NCBI GenBank assembly: GCA_963802945.1
Contig: CAWDKY010000032.1
Span: forward strand, 64,001-128,000
Direction: 5' to 3'
Length of the DNA: 64,000 nt
Source of the DNA: an uncultured delta proteobacterium
GTDB lineage: Bacteria > Desulfobacterota > RBG-13-43-22
Shown: positions 62,394 through 64,000 of the stretch, in pieces
Layout of the letters: every line of letters begins with the position of its first letter
Position numbering within the stretch: the first letter of the stretch is position 1
Made by a program: the position numbers and the translations under genes
The notes under the pieces: generated by a model
The model's input: only the letters and a program-made list of their open reading frames with translations
Told to the model about the DNA's origin: nothing
The model's database searches: none

Positions 62394-62911
62394 TCTGTTT
62401 CTGCGGGAAGTTGAAAACCAACGGCTGTATTTCTTCTTCGGCGAAATTCAACAGGAAATACTTTTTAGAAGGGGTGGTTGTTTTATTACCAAATGCAATA
62501 AATAGATTGCCTTTTTGCCACAGACAAAATAGACAACTGCAGACAAAACCTGATAAAATAACGCCCGTAGTTGTCCGTGTGGGTCCGTGGCCAAAAACTA
62601 ATTATGGTATCTTTTTTGTGCACCGTATTGAAAGCAATCAATTTTACGCTCTGCTTACTAACTGTAATTAAAGACAATTATGCCTTTCTGTTGGATGAGA
62701 ATTCAAAAATAGATTGAGAAGATCTCGAAAAATGGTCGGTCAAGGACGCATAAAAATAAATTGGAAACTGTGGCTCATGAATTATTGGACAAAAGTCTTA
62801 AAGTCAAAGCAAACTGGATTTTTCGTAAAAAACCCGATTATGGCGTGGCCAAGGCCAAATCAGAAACCTCTCTGGGTGGGAGTTGAATTGGGTATAGGGA
62901 GGGGATGATCA

Positions 62912-64000
62912 GTGAAATTTAAAATATTCTATGGCTGGTACATCGTTATTTCCGGTGCTGTTTTGGCCTTTTTTTTCGGTTCAATGGTCGGTTATGGTTG
63001 GACCGCTTTCCTGACCCCCATCATGACCACATTCGGCTGGAGCATGGCCCAAATTTCGCTGGCTTCTTCTCTGCGTAGCCTGGAAATAGGCGTTTTTAAT
63101 CCGCTGTGGGGGCCGGCAGTTGACCGCTGGTCACCCAAGTGGTTAATGAGAATTGGAGTCGTTTGTGCGGCCCTGGGGTTATTTTGCTTAAGCCGGATGC
63201 AGAATCTGGTTGTGTACTACCTCGGTTTCCTCCTGGCCGGTATCGGGAGTTCACTCGTAACCGGGATGCTTCCTCTGGTCGTGATATCCAGATGGTTTAG
63301 AAAAGATATCGGCAAGGCCAATGGTCTGTTTTTTATGGGTGCCGGGCTTGGTGGGGTGGCGATTCCCTTAGTGGTAACCGTCATAGACCATTTAGGTTGG
63401 CGGACAACACTTCTTTACACATCCATCGGATTTTTGCTTCTGGGCCTATCGTTGTCCTTTGTTTTTCGCAGCCGCCCCGAAGAATATGGATATCTTCCTG
63501 ATGGGAAGGCCTCTGGTGAGTCGGAAAAGCCGGAATCTTCTTTTACACCAGAATTCGGCACAAGCGTTAAGGAGGCGCTCAAAATGCGGGCCTTTTGGCA
63601 TATCGCCGTGGTGACCTTATTTCAAAATGCCACTATGAGCACCGTCATGTTATATGCCTTTCCCTACCTAACCCAGCTTGGCAAGACCAGAGCAACTGCA
63701 GGAACCCTGGTCATGCTTTATACCTTTGTGAGCCTTTTTGGACGTGTCCCTTTTGGCATACTGGCTGATATGTTCAAAAAAAGTCATGTGACCGCCGTCT
63801 CTCTAATCCTTCAGGTGGTCGGCCTATGCCTATACTCGCAAATGGAAGGGACAAGCCCATTCTGGCTCATCGTCCTCTTCGCCATTCCCTATGGATTAGG
63901 GGTCAGTGGAGTCCTGCCTCTCAGGGCGCCGCTTCTATCCGAATATTTTGGACTGAAGAACTTTGGAACTATTATCGGTCTGACGAGTGTATTTATTGCA
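62912..64000 (+). CDS. MFS transporter, truncated by window end (not in ORF track)
   Basis: GTG start, MKFKIFYGWYIV...GPAVDRWSPK...RAFWHI...EYFGLKNFG. Confidence 0.85.
   Translation, partial: MKFKIFYGWYIVISGAVLAFFFGSMVGYGWTAFLTPIMTTFGWSMAQISLASSLRSLEIGVFNPLWGPAVDRWSPKWLMRIGVVCAALGLFCLSRMQNLVVYYLGFLLAGIGSSLVTGMLPLVVISRWFRKDIGKANGLFFMGAGLGGVAIPLVVTVIDHLGWRTTLLYTSIGFLLLGLSLSFVFRSRPEEYGYLPDGKASGESEKPESSFTPEFGTSVKEALKMRAFWHIAVVTLFQNATMSTVMLYAFPYLTQLGKTRATAGTLVMLYTFVSLFGRVPFGILADMFKKSHVTAVSLILQVVGLCLYSQMEGTSPFWLIVLFAIPYGLGVSGVLPLRAPLLSEYFGLKNFGTIIGLTSVFIA

Overview
64 kb of a bacterial chromosome, most likely Desulfobacterota/deltaproteobacterial (inferred from the rplU-rpmA-obgE-proB-proA-nadD-rsfS gene order, the acyl-CoA ligase/ABC content and the repeat types). 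Housekeeping blocks (larB, prmA-rsmE, tRNA-Phe, gpmI, rplU to rsfS) alternate with accessory blocks: fatty/organic-acid uptake and activation, scattered type II FAS/PKS-like genes, a TolC-ABC efflux operon between 176-bp direct repeats, IS30, IS110, an HUH/RAYT-type transposase and MITEs. Many genes, including essential obgE, carry single-base frameshifts, which points to uncorrected indel errors. Main hidden signals: (1) three in-frame UGA codons, each followed by a SECIS-like hairpin whose loop starts 18-19 nt downstream. They suggest a secreted M28 peptidase selenoprotein (CGU) and an adjacent pair of small selenoprotein genes (FmdB-like zinc ribbon and an unannotated 50-aa membrane peptide). 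(2) An array of single-gene units separated by ~52-bp palindromes related to the ends of a neighbouring RAYT-like transposase, with decayed integron att-like traces. (3) An IS110 whose ends and bridge-RNA guide segments can be read from the sequence. (4) A dispersed promoter-bearing intergenic repeat in front of the scattered FAS/PKS genes. All calls are by eye; no searches were run.
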